Positions 29,994 to 40,158 of a DNA stretch of 64,000 nucleotides are shown here, one piece after another. The notes beneath the pieces are model-generated. The model was not told the origin of the DNA, did no database searches, and saw only the letters and a program-made list of their open reading frames with translations. Origin of the DNA: Myxococcota bacterium (lineage in GTDB: Bacteria; Myxococcota_A; Polyangia; Polyangiales; Sandaracinaceae); NCBI GenBank assembly GCA_036149055.1, contig JAYZQJ010000038.1:1-64000 (forward strand), given 5' to 3'. How positions within the stretch are numbered: position 1 is the first letter of the stretch; each line of letters starts with the position of its first letter. A program made the position numbers and the translations under genes.

Positions 29994-31383
29994 GCTCACG
30001 GCCGCGCTCGCGCTCCTCACCGTCGGCTGCGTGTCCAGCGGCGCCGGGCACGCCGGCGTGCGCCGCACCGTGCGCGACCGCATCGGACGGGAGGTCGTCT
30101 TCCACCACCCGGCCGATGTGGGGTCCACCCGCCCGCGCGTGGAGGCCCGCCTGGCGCGGCCGCTCGACGCGGAGGCCGCCGTGGAGATCGCGCTCATGCA
30201 GAGCGCCGACCTCCAGGCCTCGCTCGAGCGGCTGGACGTCGCGCTCGCCGACGTCCTGCGAGCCACCCTGATCGCGAACCCCGACGTCGAGCTCGAGGCG
30301 ACCTTCGCGGTCGAGGGGAACGCGGACCCGGATCTCATGGGCTCCTTCATGTTCGATCTCGCCGACGCCATGCGCATGCCGCTGAGGCGCGCGGTCGCGG
30401 ACGCGGAGCTCTCGGCGGCGCGCGCGGAGGCGGCGCGGGCGGTGCTCGACCTGGCCTTCGAGGTGCGCGTGGCCTTCTATCGCCACCAGTCCGACCTCCA
30501 GCTCGTGGAGCTCTTCCAGCAGGTGGTCGAGACGCTCCGGGCGAGCTGGGAGGCGGCCGAGGCGCTGCGCGAGGCGGGCAACGTCGCCCGCCTCGACGTC
30601 GTCCAGCAGCGCGCGCTCTACGAGGAGGCGAGGGTGGCCCTGGCGCAGGCCGAGCTGGCGGCGCTGCAGAGCCGGGAGCGCCTTCAGGTCCTGATGGGCT
30701 TGAGCGGAGAGGCGACCACCTGGGAGGTCGCGGGCCGGCTCGGCGAGCTGGCCGCCGAAGACCCGTCGCTGGAGCAGCTCGAGCGCACGGCCATCGACCG
30801 CAGCCTGGACCTCGAGCAGCGGCGACATCGGCTCGAGGCGCTGGCGCGACGGGTCGGGCTCGCGCGCCTCGAGGGCGTCATCCCCGCGCTGCACGTCGGC
30901 GTGACCGCGGAGCGCGAGGAGGGCGAGTGGTCGGTGGGCCCGATGGTGGAGATGCAGCTCCCGCTCTTCCACCAGGGGCAGGGCGACATCGACCGCGTGT
31001 CGGCCGAGCTCCGGGTGGAGCAGCACCGGTACGTGGCGGGCGCGGTCACGACGCGCTCGATGGTGCGGCGCGCACGCAACGCCTACCTCAACGCGCGCGA
31101 GCGGGCCCACTTCTACCGCGAGACCCTGCTGCCGCTCCGGGAGGAGGTGCTGCAGCAGAGCCTCGTCCAGTACAACGCGATGAACCTCGGGGTCTTCGAG
31201 CTGCTCACCGCGCGCCGCACGCTCATCGACACGGCGCGGCAGTACGTGGAGTCGCTGAGAGACTACTGGGTGAGCCGCGCGGTGCTCGAGCAGGTGCTCG
31301 CGGGCGGCCGCCCGGAGGACATGGGCGCGCCCGCGATCCCGATGATGACCGCTTCGCCTCGCGGCGACGATGGAGGGCACTGA
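29983..31383 (+). CDS. TolC-family outer-membrane efflux protein (copper-associated)
   Basis: Lipobox TVG-C, two OEP-like helical repeats, YNAM.LGVFELL motif; directly upstream of an MCO. Confidence 0.88.
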   Translation: MRAELTAALALLTVGCVSSGAGHAGVRRTVRDRIGREVVFHHPADVGSTRPRVEARLARPLDAEAAVEIALMQSADLQASLERLDVALADVLRATLIANPDVELEATFAVEGNADPDLMGSFMFDLADAMRMPLRRAVADAELSAARAEAARAVLDLAFEVRVAFYRHQSDLQLVELFQQVVETLRASWEAAEALREAGNVARLDVVQQRALYEEARVALAQAELAALQSRERLQVLMGLSGEATTWEVAGRLGELAAEDPSLEQLERTAIDRSLDLEQRRHRLEALARRVGLARLEGVIPALHVGVTAEREEGEWSVGPMVEMQLPLFHQGQGDIDRVSAELRVEQHRYVAGAVTTRSMVRRARNAYLNARERAHFYRETLLPLREEVLQQSLVQYNAMNLGVFELLTARRTLIDTARQYVESLRDYWVSRAVLEQVLAGGRPEDMGAPAIPMMTASPRGDDGGH

Positions 31384-31384
31384 G

Positions 31385-32674
31385 ATGAACCGTCGAGATC
31401 TACTGATGGGCGGCGCGGTGGCGGTCGCCGGCGCGGCGCTCGCGCGCGGCGTGGCCGAGGCTCAGGACGACGCGAGCGGAGACGCGCCGCCGGCCAGCGA
31501 CGTGGACGGACGCTATCGCCCGGTCGTCACGCCCAACGGCTCGTCGTTGCCCTTCCGCATGGTGGGCGGCGTGAAGGTCTTCCACCTCGTCGCCGAGCCC
31601 GTGCACAACGTCTTCACCGAAGGGCTCGAGGCCCACTGCTGGGGCTACAACGGCAGCACGCCGGGGCCGACGCTCGAGGCGGTCGAGGGCGATCGCGTGC
31701 GCATCTACGTGACGAACCGTCTGCCGGAGCCGACGACCGTTCACTGGCACGGCGTGATCCTGCCTTCCGGCATGGACGGCGTCGGCGGGCTCTCCCAGCA
31801 CCCCATCCCGCCGGGGGAGACCTTTCGCTACGAGTTCACGTTCCCGCACGCGGGGACCTTCATGTACCACCCGCACTGGGACGAGATGACCCAGATGGCG
31901 CTGGGCATGATGGGCATGCTCGTGGTCCACCCTCGTCGGCCGCGCGGGCGGCAGCCCGATCGCGACTTCGCGATCATGTTGAGCGAGTGGAGCATCCCGA
32001 TCGGATCGGCGCGACCGAACCCGATCGAGATGAACGACTTCAACGTGCTCACGATGAACTCGAAGGTGTTCCCGGGGACGGACCCCCTCGTGGCTCGGCG
32101 GGGGGACCTCGTGCGCATCCGCTTCGGGAACCTGAGCGGCATCGACAATCACCCGGTCCATCTTCACGGCTACTCCTTCCGCACCACCGCCACCGATGGC
32201 GGCGAGATCCCGCGGAGCGCGCAGCAGCCGAACACCACCGTCCTCGTGCCGACCGGGTCGTGTCGCGTGATCGAGTTCGTCGCGGACAACCCCGGCGACT
32301 GGGCGATGCACTGCCACATGACCCACCACGTCATGAATCAGATGGGGCACGACTTCCCCAACATGGTGGGCGCCGAGCTGCCCGTCGCGACGCGCCGCAT
32401 CCGCCGCATGATCCCGGGCTACATGACGATGGGCACCGACGGGATGGCCTCGATGGGCGAGATGGAGATGCCGGTCCCCGAGAACAGCATCCCCATGCGC
32501 GGCGGCCCGGGCGCCTACGGGCGGATCGACATGGGCGGCATGTTCACCATCCTCAAGGTGCGCGAGAGCCTCGCGAGCTACGACCGCGACCCGGGCTGGT
32601 ACGAGCCGCCGCCTGGCACCGTGGCGCGCGCGGCCACCGCGACCGAGCTGGCCGCCGACGGGATCGAGACCTGA
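31385..32674 (+). CDS. Tat-exported multicopper oxidase
   Basis: MNRRDLL Tat signal; HWHG, MYHPH, HPVHLHG and HCHMTHH; Met-rich C-terminus. Confidence 0.93.
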   Translation: MNRRDLLMGGAVAVAGAALARGVAEAQDDASGDAPPASDVDGRYRPVVTPNGSSLPFRMVGGVKVFHLVAEPVHNVFTEGLEAHCWGYNGSTPGPTLEAVEGDRVRIYVTNRLPEPTTVHWHGVILPSGMDGVGGLSQHPIPPGETFRYEFTFPHAGTFMYHPHWDEMTQMALGMMGMLVVHPRRPRGRQPDRDFAIMLSEWSIPIGSARPNPIEMNDFNVLTMNSKVFPGTDPLVARRGDLVRIRFGNLSGIDNHPVHLHGYSFRTTATDGGEIPRSAQQPNTTVLVPTGSCRVIEFVADNPGDWAMHCHMTHHVMNQMGHDFPNMVGAELPVATRRIRRMIPGYMTMGTDGMASMGEMEMPVPENSIPMRGGPGAYGRIDMGGMFTILKVRESLASYDRDPGWYEPPPGTVARAATATELAADGIET

Positions 32675-32713
32675 GGCGGGCTCGATGAACCCCCGCCGTG
32701 GCGGCATGCTTCC

Positions 32714-33718
32714 GTGATGCGCCCGAGTTTCGCCGCTCACTGGTTCCCCGTCTGCCTCCTGCTCCTGGCGGGGGGAGCGTGTGACGGCGGCCCGGTCCGC
32801 GACGACGCGGCGGTGGTGGACGCGTCGGGCGAGCCGGACGCGGGAGAGGCAGACGCCGGGCCCCAACACCCGGCGACCCTTTCGGAGACCGGGCTGCTCG
32901 CCGCGGACGGTACCCTCGCGCCGACCGCGCTGACCTACGACGTGCGGTACCCCCTCTGGAGTGATGGCTCGACGAAGCGACGCTACTTGCTCCTCCCCGA
33001 GGGGACGTCGATCGACACCGCCGACCCCGACGGCTGGCGCTTCCCGGTCGGCGCGCGTGTGTTCAAGGAGTTCTCCGTGGACGGCCGACCCATCGAGACC
33101 CGCATGCTCCACAAGGTCGACGAGGACGACTGGGTGAGGGTGGCCTACCTGCACCGCCCGGACGGGAGTGACGCGGACGCGGTGCCCGACGGCGCCACCG
33201 ACGCGCTCGGGACGGCGCACGACGTGCCCGACCGCGCCGACTGCTTTCAGTGTCACCGCGGGGCGCCCGACTTCGTGCTCGGCATCTCCGCGTTCCAGCT
33301 CGACCGGGAGTCGTTCGACGCGTGGGTGGCGGCAGGGGTGATCCCGTCCGACGCGCCCTTCGCCGAGCCGCCCGGGGACGAGGCGCAGCGCGACGCCCTC
33401 GGCTACCTCGCCGCCAACTGCGGCCACTGTCACAACGACCGACACCCGCTCTCGATCCACCGCGCGCTGCGGCTAGACCTCCGCGTCGGAGTGACCGATC
33501 CGCTCACGGTGCCGGCGTGGCGCACCAGCGCGGGGCAGGACGCCTTCCACGAGCTCGACGGGGTGCGGGCCCTGCTGACCCCCGGCGACCCCGAGGCGTC
33601 GCAGCTCTACCGCCGCATGGGGGTCCGCGACGAGACCGCGATGCCTCCGCTGGGAACCGAGCGCGTCGACGAGGTCGGCCGCGCCGCGGTGAGTCGCTGG
33701 ATCCTCGACGCGCGCTGA
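32714..33718 (+). CDS. Diheme cytochrome c lipoprotein (SO2930-like)
   Basis: Lipobox GGA-C, PLWSDGSTKRR, FPVGA..FKEF, IETR, CFQCH, CGHCH and distal MPPLG. Confidence 0.8.
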   Translation: MMRPSFAAHWFPVCLLLLAGGACDGGPVRDDAAVVDASGEPDAGEADAGPQHPATLSETGLLAADGTLAPTALTYDVRYPLWSDGSTKRRYLLLPEGTSIDTADPDGWRFPVGARVFKEFSVDGRPIETRMLHKVDEDDWVRVAYLHRPDGSDADAVPDGATDALGTAHDVPDRADCFQCHRGAPDFVLGISAFQLDRESFDAWVAAGVIPSDAPFAEPPGDEAQRDALGYLAANCGHCHNDRHPLSIHRALRLDLRVGVTDPLTVPAWRTSAGQDAFHELDGVRALLTPGDPEASQLYRRMGVRDETAMPPLGTERVDEVGRAAVSRWILDAR

Positions 33719-34045
33719 GTCTCCGGAGGCAGCATGCGCCCCCTCCCGCCCCACCCGGAAGAGCCGGCTCGGGCTCAACTTCTGCCCCGGCTCCGCTCCC
33801 CCCTCGGGGTTGGTTGGCGCCTGACGTACTGGGTGTACGGACAGCTCCATGGCAGCGACGGCGATGATCGGCGCAGGAGTCGGTCGGGTGGCGGCCGGCC
33901 CGGCGGACGCGGGGGCAAGCGCGCTCTCGACGACGAGGGGCCCAGCGCTCGCCTCCGCCCCCAAGGTAGAGGCCGCGTTCTCCGACCGAGCGCGCGCCCG
34001 CCTCGATTCCCACCCGACCAGACGAGGCTGGGAGAAAGCGCTGAC

Positions 34046-35362
34046 GTGAGCGCCGAATACGAGAAGGGCAGCCTGAGCCTCGTGAGCACGGTGGCGATGG
34101 GCACCGGGGTGATGATCGGCGCCGGCATCTTCGCGCTCACCGGGCAGGTCGCGCAGTTCGCCGGCGCGCTCTTCCCTCTCGCGTTCCTCGTGGCGGCGGT
34201 GATCAGCGGCTTCAGCGCCTACTCCTACATCAAGGTCTCCAGCGCCTACCCCTCCGCGGGCGGCATCGCGATGATCCTGAAGAAGGCGTACGGGCAGCGC
34301 ACCGTCACCGGAGCCGCGGCGCTGCTCATGGCCTTCTCGATGATCATCAACGAGGCGCTGGTGGCGCGGACCTTCGGGGTCTACGCGCTGCACCCCTTCG
34401 ATGTGGACGGGGACAGCTGGCTGGTGCCGCTGCTCGCCGTGGGGCTCATCGCGGTCGCGTTCGTGATCAACATCGCCGGCAACGAGGTGATCGGGAACGT
34501 CTCCAAGGTCACCTCGGGCATCAAGGTCCTGGGTATCCTCGGCTTCGCGGGCGTGACGCTGTGGTTCGCGGGCTTCGGCTTCGAGCCGGCCGAATCGCTC
34601 GGGGCGGAGAGCGGCCCTGGCGGCTTCCTCGCCGGCGTCGCCATGGCGATCCTCGCCTACAAGGGGTTCACCACCATCACCAACAGCGGCGGCGAGGTCG
34701 AGGACCCGGAGAAGAACGTCGGCCGCGCCATCGTGATCTCCCTGGTGATCTGTCTGGCGGTCTACCTCGTCGTCAGCTGGGCCGTCGGCTCGACGCTCAC
34801 CGTCGAGGAGATCGTGCGGGCGCGAGACTACTCGCTGGCCGCGGCCTCGGAGCCGGCGATCGGGCGATACGGGACCTGGTTCACGGTCGGCATCGCGATC
34901 CTCGCCACCGCCTCCGGGCTGCTGGCGAGCCTCTTCGCCGTCTCACGCATGCTGGCGATGCTGACCGACATGAACCTGATCCCTCACCGGCACTTCGGCA
35001 TGCCGGGGGACGTGCAGAAGCACGTCCTCGTGTACACGGTGGTCGTGGCGGCGCTCCTGGCGGCCTTCTTCGACATCGGGCGCATCGCCTCCCTCGGCGC
35101 GGTCTTCTACCTCGTGATGGACATCACGATTCACCGGGGCGTCCATCGTCACCTCCGCGACGACGTGGACGCGCGTGGGTGGGTCCTCCTCACCGCGATC
35201 GCCCTGGACGTCGTCGCGCTCGTCGCCTTCCTCGTGGTCAAGAGCATGAACGATCCCCTCATCGTCGGCGTCTCCCTCGGCGGCGTCGTGGCGATCACCG
35301 CCTTCGAGCGCTGGTACCTCGCGCGCGTCCGCGAGGGTGAGATCTGCGACGCCGGCGGTTGA
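34046..35362 (+). CDS. APC-family amino acid permease
   Basis: GTGVMIGAGIFAL, YPSAGG, LAYKGF, ~12 TM helices; GTG start after GGGAG. Confidence 0.88.
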   Translation: MSAEYEKGSLSLVSTVAMGTGVMIGAGIFALTGQVAQFAGALFPLAFLVAAVISGFSAYSYIKVSSAYPSAGGIAMILKKAYGQRTVTGAAALLMAFSMIINEALVARTFGVYALHPFDVDGDSWLVPLLAVGLIAVAFVINIAGNEVIGNVSKVTSGIKVLGILGFAGVTLWFAGFGFEPAESLGAESGPGGFLAGVAMAILAYKGFTTITNSGGEVEDPEKNVGRAIVISLVICLAVYLVVSWAVGSTLTVEEIVRARDYSLAAASEPAIGRYGTWFTVGIAILATASGLLASLFAVSRMLAMLTDMNLIPHRHFGMPGDVQKHVLVYTVVVAALLAAFFDIGRIASLGAVFYLVMDITIHRGVHRHLRDDVDARGWVLLTAIALDVVALVAFLVVKSMNDPLIVGVSLGGVVAITAFERWYLARVREGEICDAGG

Positions 35363-35411
35363 TCATTCCGTCGATGCCGGCTAAGCGCGTCCCTTGCTCG
35401 GAAGGGATCCC

Positions 35412-36812
35412 ATGTCGCGCTACGCTCTGCTCCTCTCGTTCCTCTGCCTCGGCTGCGGCGAAGCCGCCACGACGCCCGACGGAGGCGGGGACGCGGCCTC
35501 GGAGCCCGCCTGGTCGACGCCCGCGCTGCGCGGTCCGGAGGCGGCGCTGGAGGACGAGAACCCCGACCCCGACGTGGTCGAGGTCCACCTCCGGGCCGAG
35601 CTGATCGAGGTCGATCTCGGCGACGGCACCACGCGGGAGATGCTCGGCTACAACGGCCTCTTCCCGGGGCCCGTGTTGCAAGCCGAGGTCGGTGACGAGG
35701 TGATCGTGCACTTCGAGAACCACACCTGGGACGAGACGACGGTGCACTGGCACGGCCTGCGGATCAGCGACCAGATGGACGGCTCGCCCCGGATCCAGGA
35801 GCCGGTGGCGGCCGACGGAGGGACCTTCACGTACCGCTTCGTCGTGCCCGAGGCCGGCACGTTCTGGTACCACCCTCACGTCCGGACCAACGAACAGCTG
35901 GAGATGGGGCTCGTCGGCACGCTCGTCGTGCACGACCGCGAGGATCCCGTCTTCGACGCCGAGCGGGTGATCGCGCTCGACGACATCCTCATCGATCCCA
36001 GCACCGACGAGATCGCGCCCTTCCTCGCCTTCCACCCCGAGCTCGTGCACGGCCGCAGCGGCAACGTCCTGCTCACGAACGGGCGCGTGAGCCCCGGGCC
36101 CGACCACGAGGCGCGCCCTGGCCAGGTCGAGCGCTGGCGCATCGTCAACACCGCGAACGCCCGCACGATGAGCCTCTCGCTGACCGGCGCGTCGATGCGC
36201 GTCGTCGGCACCGACGCCGGGCGCCTCGCCGAGCCCTTCGAGACCACGCGGCTCGAGCTCCCGGTGGGTCAGCGTTACGACCTCGAGGTCCGCTACGACG
36301 GCCCCGGCCTGGTGGCTCTGCAGAGCCACGTGCTCGGGCGCGACGGCGCGGGCGACATCGTCGAGATGGCCGTGCCCGTCTACGTCGTCGACGTCGGGGG
36401 AGACGCGGTGGAGCCGCGGGAGATCGTGTGGCCCGAGCTGCCCGCGCCCGAGCCGCGGACGATCGATCGGGAGGTCGAGATGTCCTTCGACGCGATCGAC
36501 GACCCCGAGCTGGGCATCCTCTGGCGAATCAACGGCGAGGCGCATCGCACCGAGCCGCTCTTCACCTTCGGCCGCGGCGAGACCGTGCGCATGACGCTCC
36601 GCAACCTCAACGGTCAGGAGCACCCCTTCCACCTGCACGGCCAGTTCTTCGAGGTGGTCGGTCGCCCGGGACTCTACGACACGGTGCTGGTCGGGGGCTC
36701 GGCCACGGTGGAGATCATCGCTCACCTCGACAACCCCGGGCGCTGGATGGCGCACTGCCACATCCTCGAGCACGCCGAGCTCGGCATGATGAGCGAGATC
36801 GTCGTCGAGTAG
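35412..36812 (+). CDS. Multicopper oxidase lipoprotein
   Basis: Lipobox CLG-C; HWHG, WYHPH, HPFHLHG and HCHILEHAELGMM. Confidence 0.93.
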   Translation: MSRYALLLSFLCLGCGEAATTPDGGGDAASEPAWSTPALRGPEAALEDENPDPDVVEVHLRAELIEVDLGDGTTREMLGYNGLFPGPVLQAEVGDEVIVHFENHTWDETTVHWHGLRISDQMDGSPRIQEPVAADGGTFTYRFVVPEAGTFWYHPHVRTNEQLEMGLVGTLVVHDREDPVFDAERVIALDDILIDPSTDEIAPFLAFHPELVHGRSGNVLLTNGRVSPGPDHEARPGQVERWRIVNTANARTMSLSLTGASMRVVGTDAGRLAEPFETTRLELPVGQRYDLEVRYDGPGLVALQSHVLGRDGAGDIVEMAVPVYVVDVGGDAVEPREIVWPELPAPEPRTIDREVEMSFDAIDDPELGILWRINGEAHRTEPLFTFGRGETVRMTLRNLNGQEHPFHLHGQFFEVVGRPGLYDTVLVGGSATVEIIAHLDNPGRWMAHCHILEHAELGMMSEIVVE

Positions 36813-36821
36813 CTCGGCCGC

Positions 36822-36846
36822 GTAATGCTCCGCCGGAGCGCTCGTC
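36822..36846 (+). promoter_or_regulatory. Putative ECF (CorE-like) promoter for copA
   Basis: GTAA-TGCTCCGCCGGAGCGCT-CGTC, ~32 nt upstream of ATG 36879. Confidence 0.7.
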
Positions 36847-36878
36847 CTCCCTGCAGACGATTCGCAGAGGAGGACGAG

Positions 36879-39140
36879 ATGGAAGCGACGATGGAGCTGG
36901 AGGCGGGGGCGGCGGAGGAGCTGTGCCTGCTGCCGATCCGAGGCATGACCTGCGCGAGCTGCGTGGGTCGGGTGGAGGCGGCGCTGGCGAAGGTCGACGG
37001 GGTCGGCGAGGCCACCGTCGACTTCGCCGGGGAGCGCGCGACGGTCCGCTTCGATCCGGGGCGCACCGATCGCGCGGCCCTGGCGCGCGCGGTGGAGGCG
37101 GCCGGGTACTCCGTGCCCGGCGCCGCGCCGCCGGAGGCGAGCGAGGACCCGGACGTCGCGGCCGCCCGCGCGCTCCGGAGAGACTTCGTCGTCGCGCTCC
37201 TCTTCACGTTGCCGCTGCTCGTCCTCGGCATGTCGCACGGCGCGATCCCGGGCGCGGATGGGCCTCTCGGGCGCGCGGCGCAGCTCGTCCTGGCGACGGT
37301 CGTGCTGCTCGGGCCCGGCCGGCGGTTCTTCCGATTGGCCTGGGTCGCGGCGCGTCACCGCACCGCCGACATGAACACCCTCGTCGCGCTCGGGACCGGC
37401 GCGGCCTACGGGTACTCGGCGGTGGCGGTCCTGGCCCCGCAGCTCTTCGCCCACGCGGCCCACGGCGCCCAGCCCCACGTGTACTTCGAGGCGGCCGGCG
37501 CGATCCTGACCTTCGTCTTGCTCGGCAAGATCCTCGAGGGGCGCGCGCGACGCCGGCTGTCCGACGCCGTGCAGAGGCTCGTCGCGCTGCAGCCCGCGAC
37601 CGCGCTGCGCCTCTCGCCGGATGGCGCGGAGGAGGAGGTGCCGCTCTCCGCCGTCGAGCCGGGCGATCTGGTGATCGTCCGCCCGGGCGCGCGGATCCCG
37701 GTGGACGGCGAGGTCGTCGGCGGCGCGTCGGCGGTGGACGAGTCCACCCTGACCGGTGAGAGCCTCCCCGTGGACAAGCGGGCGGGTGACCTCGTCCACG
37801 GCGGCACGCTGAACGAGAGCGGGTCGCTCCGGGTGAGGGTGCGCGCGCGCGGCGAGGAGTCGGCCCTGGCGCGGGTCGTCGACGCGGTGCGCCGCGCGCA
37901 GGGCTCGAAGGCGCCCATCGCGCGGCTCGCCGACGTCATCAGCGCGTGGTTCGTGCCGGTCGTGCTCGTGATCGCGACCGTCACCTTCGGCGTCTGGGTG
38001 GCGCTCGATCCCTCGGACGCGGGAGTCGCCACCGCGGTCGAGCGCTTCGTCGCGGTGCTCGTGATCGCGTGTCCGTGCGCGCTCGGGTTGGCCACGCCCG
38101 CGGCCATCGCGGTCGGCACCGCGCGGGGCGCCGAGCTGGGCGTGCTCGTCGGAGGCGGCGCGGCGCTCGAGGCGGCGAGCCGCGTCGACACCGTGCTGCT
38201 CGACAAGACCGGCACGCTCACCGTCGGCGAGCCGGTCCTCACCGACGTGGTGCCGGTCGCGGGCGGTGACGCGGACGCCCTCCTCGCCTGGGTCGCGGTC
38301 GCGGAGGCCGAGAGCGAGCACCCCATCGCGCGTGCCCTGGTGCGCGGAGCCCGAGCGAGGGGGATCCACGTCCGGCGACCCGACACCCTCACCGCGGCGG
38401 TCGGCTCTGGCGTCGAAGCGCTCTTGGGCGAGCGGCGCGTCCGCGTCGGCACGGAGGCGTGGCTCGCCGAGGTGGGAGTCGACGCGTCGGCTCTCCGTGA
38501 CGCGGCGGATCGACTCGCCGACGCGGGACGCTCGATCGCGTACGTCGCCGTCGACGGAGCCCTCGCCGGGCTCGTGGGCGTCGCGGACCGGGCGGCGCCG
38601 GAGGCCGCGGCCGCCGTGTCGGCGCTGCGGGAGATGGGGGTGGAGGTCGCCATGGTGACCGGCGACCGGGAGGGACCGGCGCGCGCCGTCGCGCTGGAGC
38701 TGGGGATCGCGCGGGTCTTCGCGGAGGTGCGACCGGAGGGCAAGGCGGCGATCGTCGCCGAGGAGCGGGCGCGCGGCCGCCGCGTCGCCATGGTCGGCGA
38801 TGGGGTCAACGACGCCCCGGCGCTCGCCACCGCCGACGTGGGCGTCACCGTCGGGACCGGCGCCGACGTCGCCGTGGCCGCCGCGGACGTCGCCCTGTCC
38901 GGCGCCGGCGTGTCGAAGCTGCCCCGCGCGTTGAGGCTGGCGCGGGCGACGATGCGCACCATCCGTCAGAACCTGTTCTGGGCGTTCGTCTACAACCTGG
39001 CGGGCATCCCGGTGGCCGCCGGGATGCTCTACCCCTGGACCGGCTGGCAGCTCTCCCCGGTCCTCGCGAGCGCGGCGATGTCGCTCTCCAGCGTCTCGGT
39101 GCTCCTCTCGTCGCTCCGGCTCCGTCGGTTCGCTCCGTGA
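36879..39140 (+). CDS. copA: Cu(I)-translocating P1B-type ATPase
   Basis: GMTCASC metal-binding domain, [31 protein letters not shown] and MSLSS; GAGGAGG RBS. Confidence 0.95.
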   Translation: MEATMELEAGAAEELCLLPIRGMTCASCVGRVEAALAKVDGVGEATVDFAGERATVRFDPGRTDRAALARAVEAAGYSVPGAAPPEASEDPDVAAARALRRDFVVALLFTLPLLVLGMSHGAIPGADGPLGRAAQLVLATVVLLGPGRRFFRLAWVAARHRTADMNTLVALGTGAAYGYSAVAVLAPQLFAHAAHGAQPHVYFEAAGAILTFVLLGKILEGRARRRLSDAVQRLVALQPATALRLSPDGAEEEVPLSAVEPGDLVIVRPGARIPVDGEVVGGASAVDESTLTGESLPVDKRAGDLVHGGTLNESGSLRVRVRARGEESALARVVDAVRRAQGSKAPIARLADVISAWFVPVVLVIATVTFGVWVALDPSDAGVATAVERFVAVLVIACPCALGLATPAAIAVGTARGAELGVLVGGGAALEAASRVDTVLLDKTGTLTVGEPVLTDVVPVAGGDADALLAWVAVAEAESEHPIARALVRGARARGIHVRRPDTLTAAVGSGVEALLGERRVRVGTEAWLAEVGVDASALRDAADRLADAGRSIAYVAVDGALAGLVGVADRAAPEAAAAVSALREMGVEVAMVTGDREGPARAVALELGIARVFAEVRPEGKAAIVAEERARGRRVAMVGDGVNDAPALATADVGVTVGTGADVAVAAADVALSGAGVSKLPRALRLARATMRTIRQNLFWAFVYNLAGIPVAAGMLYPWTGWQLSPVLASAAMSLSSVSVLLSSLRLRRFAP

Positions 39141-39143
39141 GGT

Positions 39144-39168
39144 GTAAGACGGGGCGGCCTCCTGCGTC
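39144..39168 (+). promoter_or_regulatory. Putative autoregulatory ECF promoter for the corE-like gene
   Basis: GTAA-GACGGGGCGGCCTCCTG-CGTC, ~21 nt upstream of ATG 39190. Confidence 0.7.
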
Positions 39169-39189
39169 CTCGGGGAGAAGGAGGTCGCC

Positions 39190-39804
39190 ATGCCCGTCCA
39201 CACCGAACGCCGCCCCTTGTCATCGACGCCCGCCGGGCTCCAGAGTCCAGACGTGACCCGCTCCCGGTCCGACGCCGCCGCGATCGCCGCCTCCCTGGCC
39301 GAGCGCCAGGGCGAGTTCCTGAGCTTCCTGGAGAGGCGGCTCGGCGACCGCGCGCTCGCGCAGGACGTGCTGCAGGACGCATTCGTGCGGAGCCTGGACC
39401 GGCTCTCGGATCTTCGCGATCCGGGGGCCGCGGTCGCTTGGTTCTACCGCACCCTGCGCAACGCGGCCGTCGACCACGGCCGGCGCGCCGGGGCCTCTCG
39501 TCGCGCCCTCGAGGCCTTCGCCTCCGAGCTCGAGGTGGCCGACGCGGGCCGGGAGACCCACGCGCAGGTGTGCCGCTGTGTCACCGCCCTGGCCCGTGAC
39601 CTGAAGCCCTCCTACGCGGCCGCGGTCGAGCGCGTCGACGTCGAGGGCGCCGCGGTGAAGGACTTCGCGCGCGAGGAGGGGATCACCAGCAACAACGCCG
39701 GCGTGCGAGTCTTCCGGGCCCGCGCGGCGCTGCGGGCCAAGGTGGTCGAGACCTGCGGAGCGTGCGCGGCCCGCGGCTGCGTCGACTGCACCTGCGGAAC
39801 GTGA
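39190..39804 (+). CDS. corE: CorE-like metal-responsive ECF sigma factor with Cys-rich C-terminal domain
   Basis: AQDVLQDAF and WFYRTLRN (sigma2), CRC in the linker, sigma4 VRVFRARAAL, tail CGACAARGCVDCTC; no anti-sigma gene adjacent. Confidence 0.8.
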   Translation: MPVHTERRPLSSTPAGLQSPDVTRSRSDAAAIAASLAERQGEFLSFLERRLGDRALAQDVLQDAFVRSLDRLSDLRDPGAAVAWFYRTLRNAAVDHGRRAGASRRALEAFASELEVADAGRETHAQVCRCVTALARDLKPSYAAAVERVDVEGAAVKDFAREEGITSNNAGVRVFRARAALRAKVVETCGACAARGCVDCTCGT

Positions 39805-39861
39805 AGCGGCGGACCGCGCTCGTCCGCGCGGCCCGCCGGCTCGTGATCCCATCCCGTCGCC

Positions 39862-40086
39862 TCAGCGAGGGGACGCTTCGTACCCAGCGCTCGCGACGGC
39901 CGCGCAGAGCGCCTCGTCGGAGACCCCATCGTGCGTGACCCGGGCCAGCCCGTCGGCGACGTGGACCTGGACCCCCGTCACCCCGGCGATCGCGCGCAGC
40001 GCCCGCTCGACCCGGCCGCCGCAGCTCCCGCAGGTCATGCCCTCGACCCGGAGGGTCGTCTCTCGCTCGTCCTTCTTCGTGCTCAT
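39862..40086 (-). CDS. copZ: Heavy-metal-associated (HMA) copper chaperone
   Basis: VEGMTCGSC...AGY; 74 aa. Confidence 0.88.
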   Translation of the reverse strand: MSTKKDERETTLRVEGMTCGSCGGRVERALRAIAGVTGVQVHVADGLARVTHDGVSDEALCAAVASAGYEASPR

Positions 40087-40126
40087 GCTCGTCTCTCCTC
40101 TTCGCGGCGACGCGCCGCAACGAAGA

Positions 40127-40151
40127 GACGACGACGACGCTGACGCATTAC
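40127..40151 (-). promoter_or_regulatory. Putative ECF (CorE-like) promoter for copZ
   Basis: Minus strand GTAA-TGCGTCAGCGTCGTCGT-CGTC, ~40 nt upstream of ATG 40086. Confidence 0.65.
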
Positions 40152-40158
40152 GCGAAGG

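Noticed and set aside
33849..34049. 66-aa ORF whose stop overlaps the APC permease GTG
   Set aside because: The overlap is suggestive, but the peptide is low-complexity with no motif or clear RBS, so it is not called
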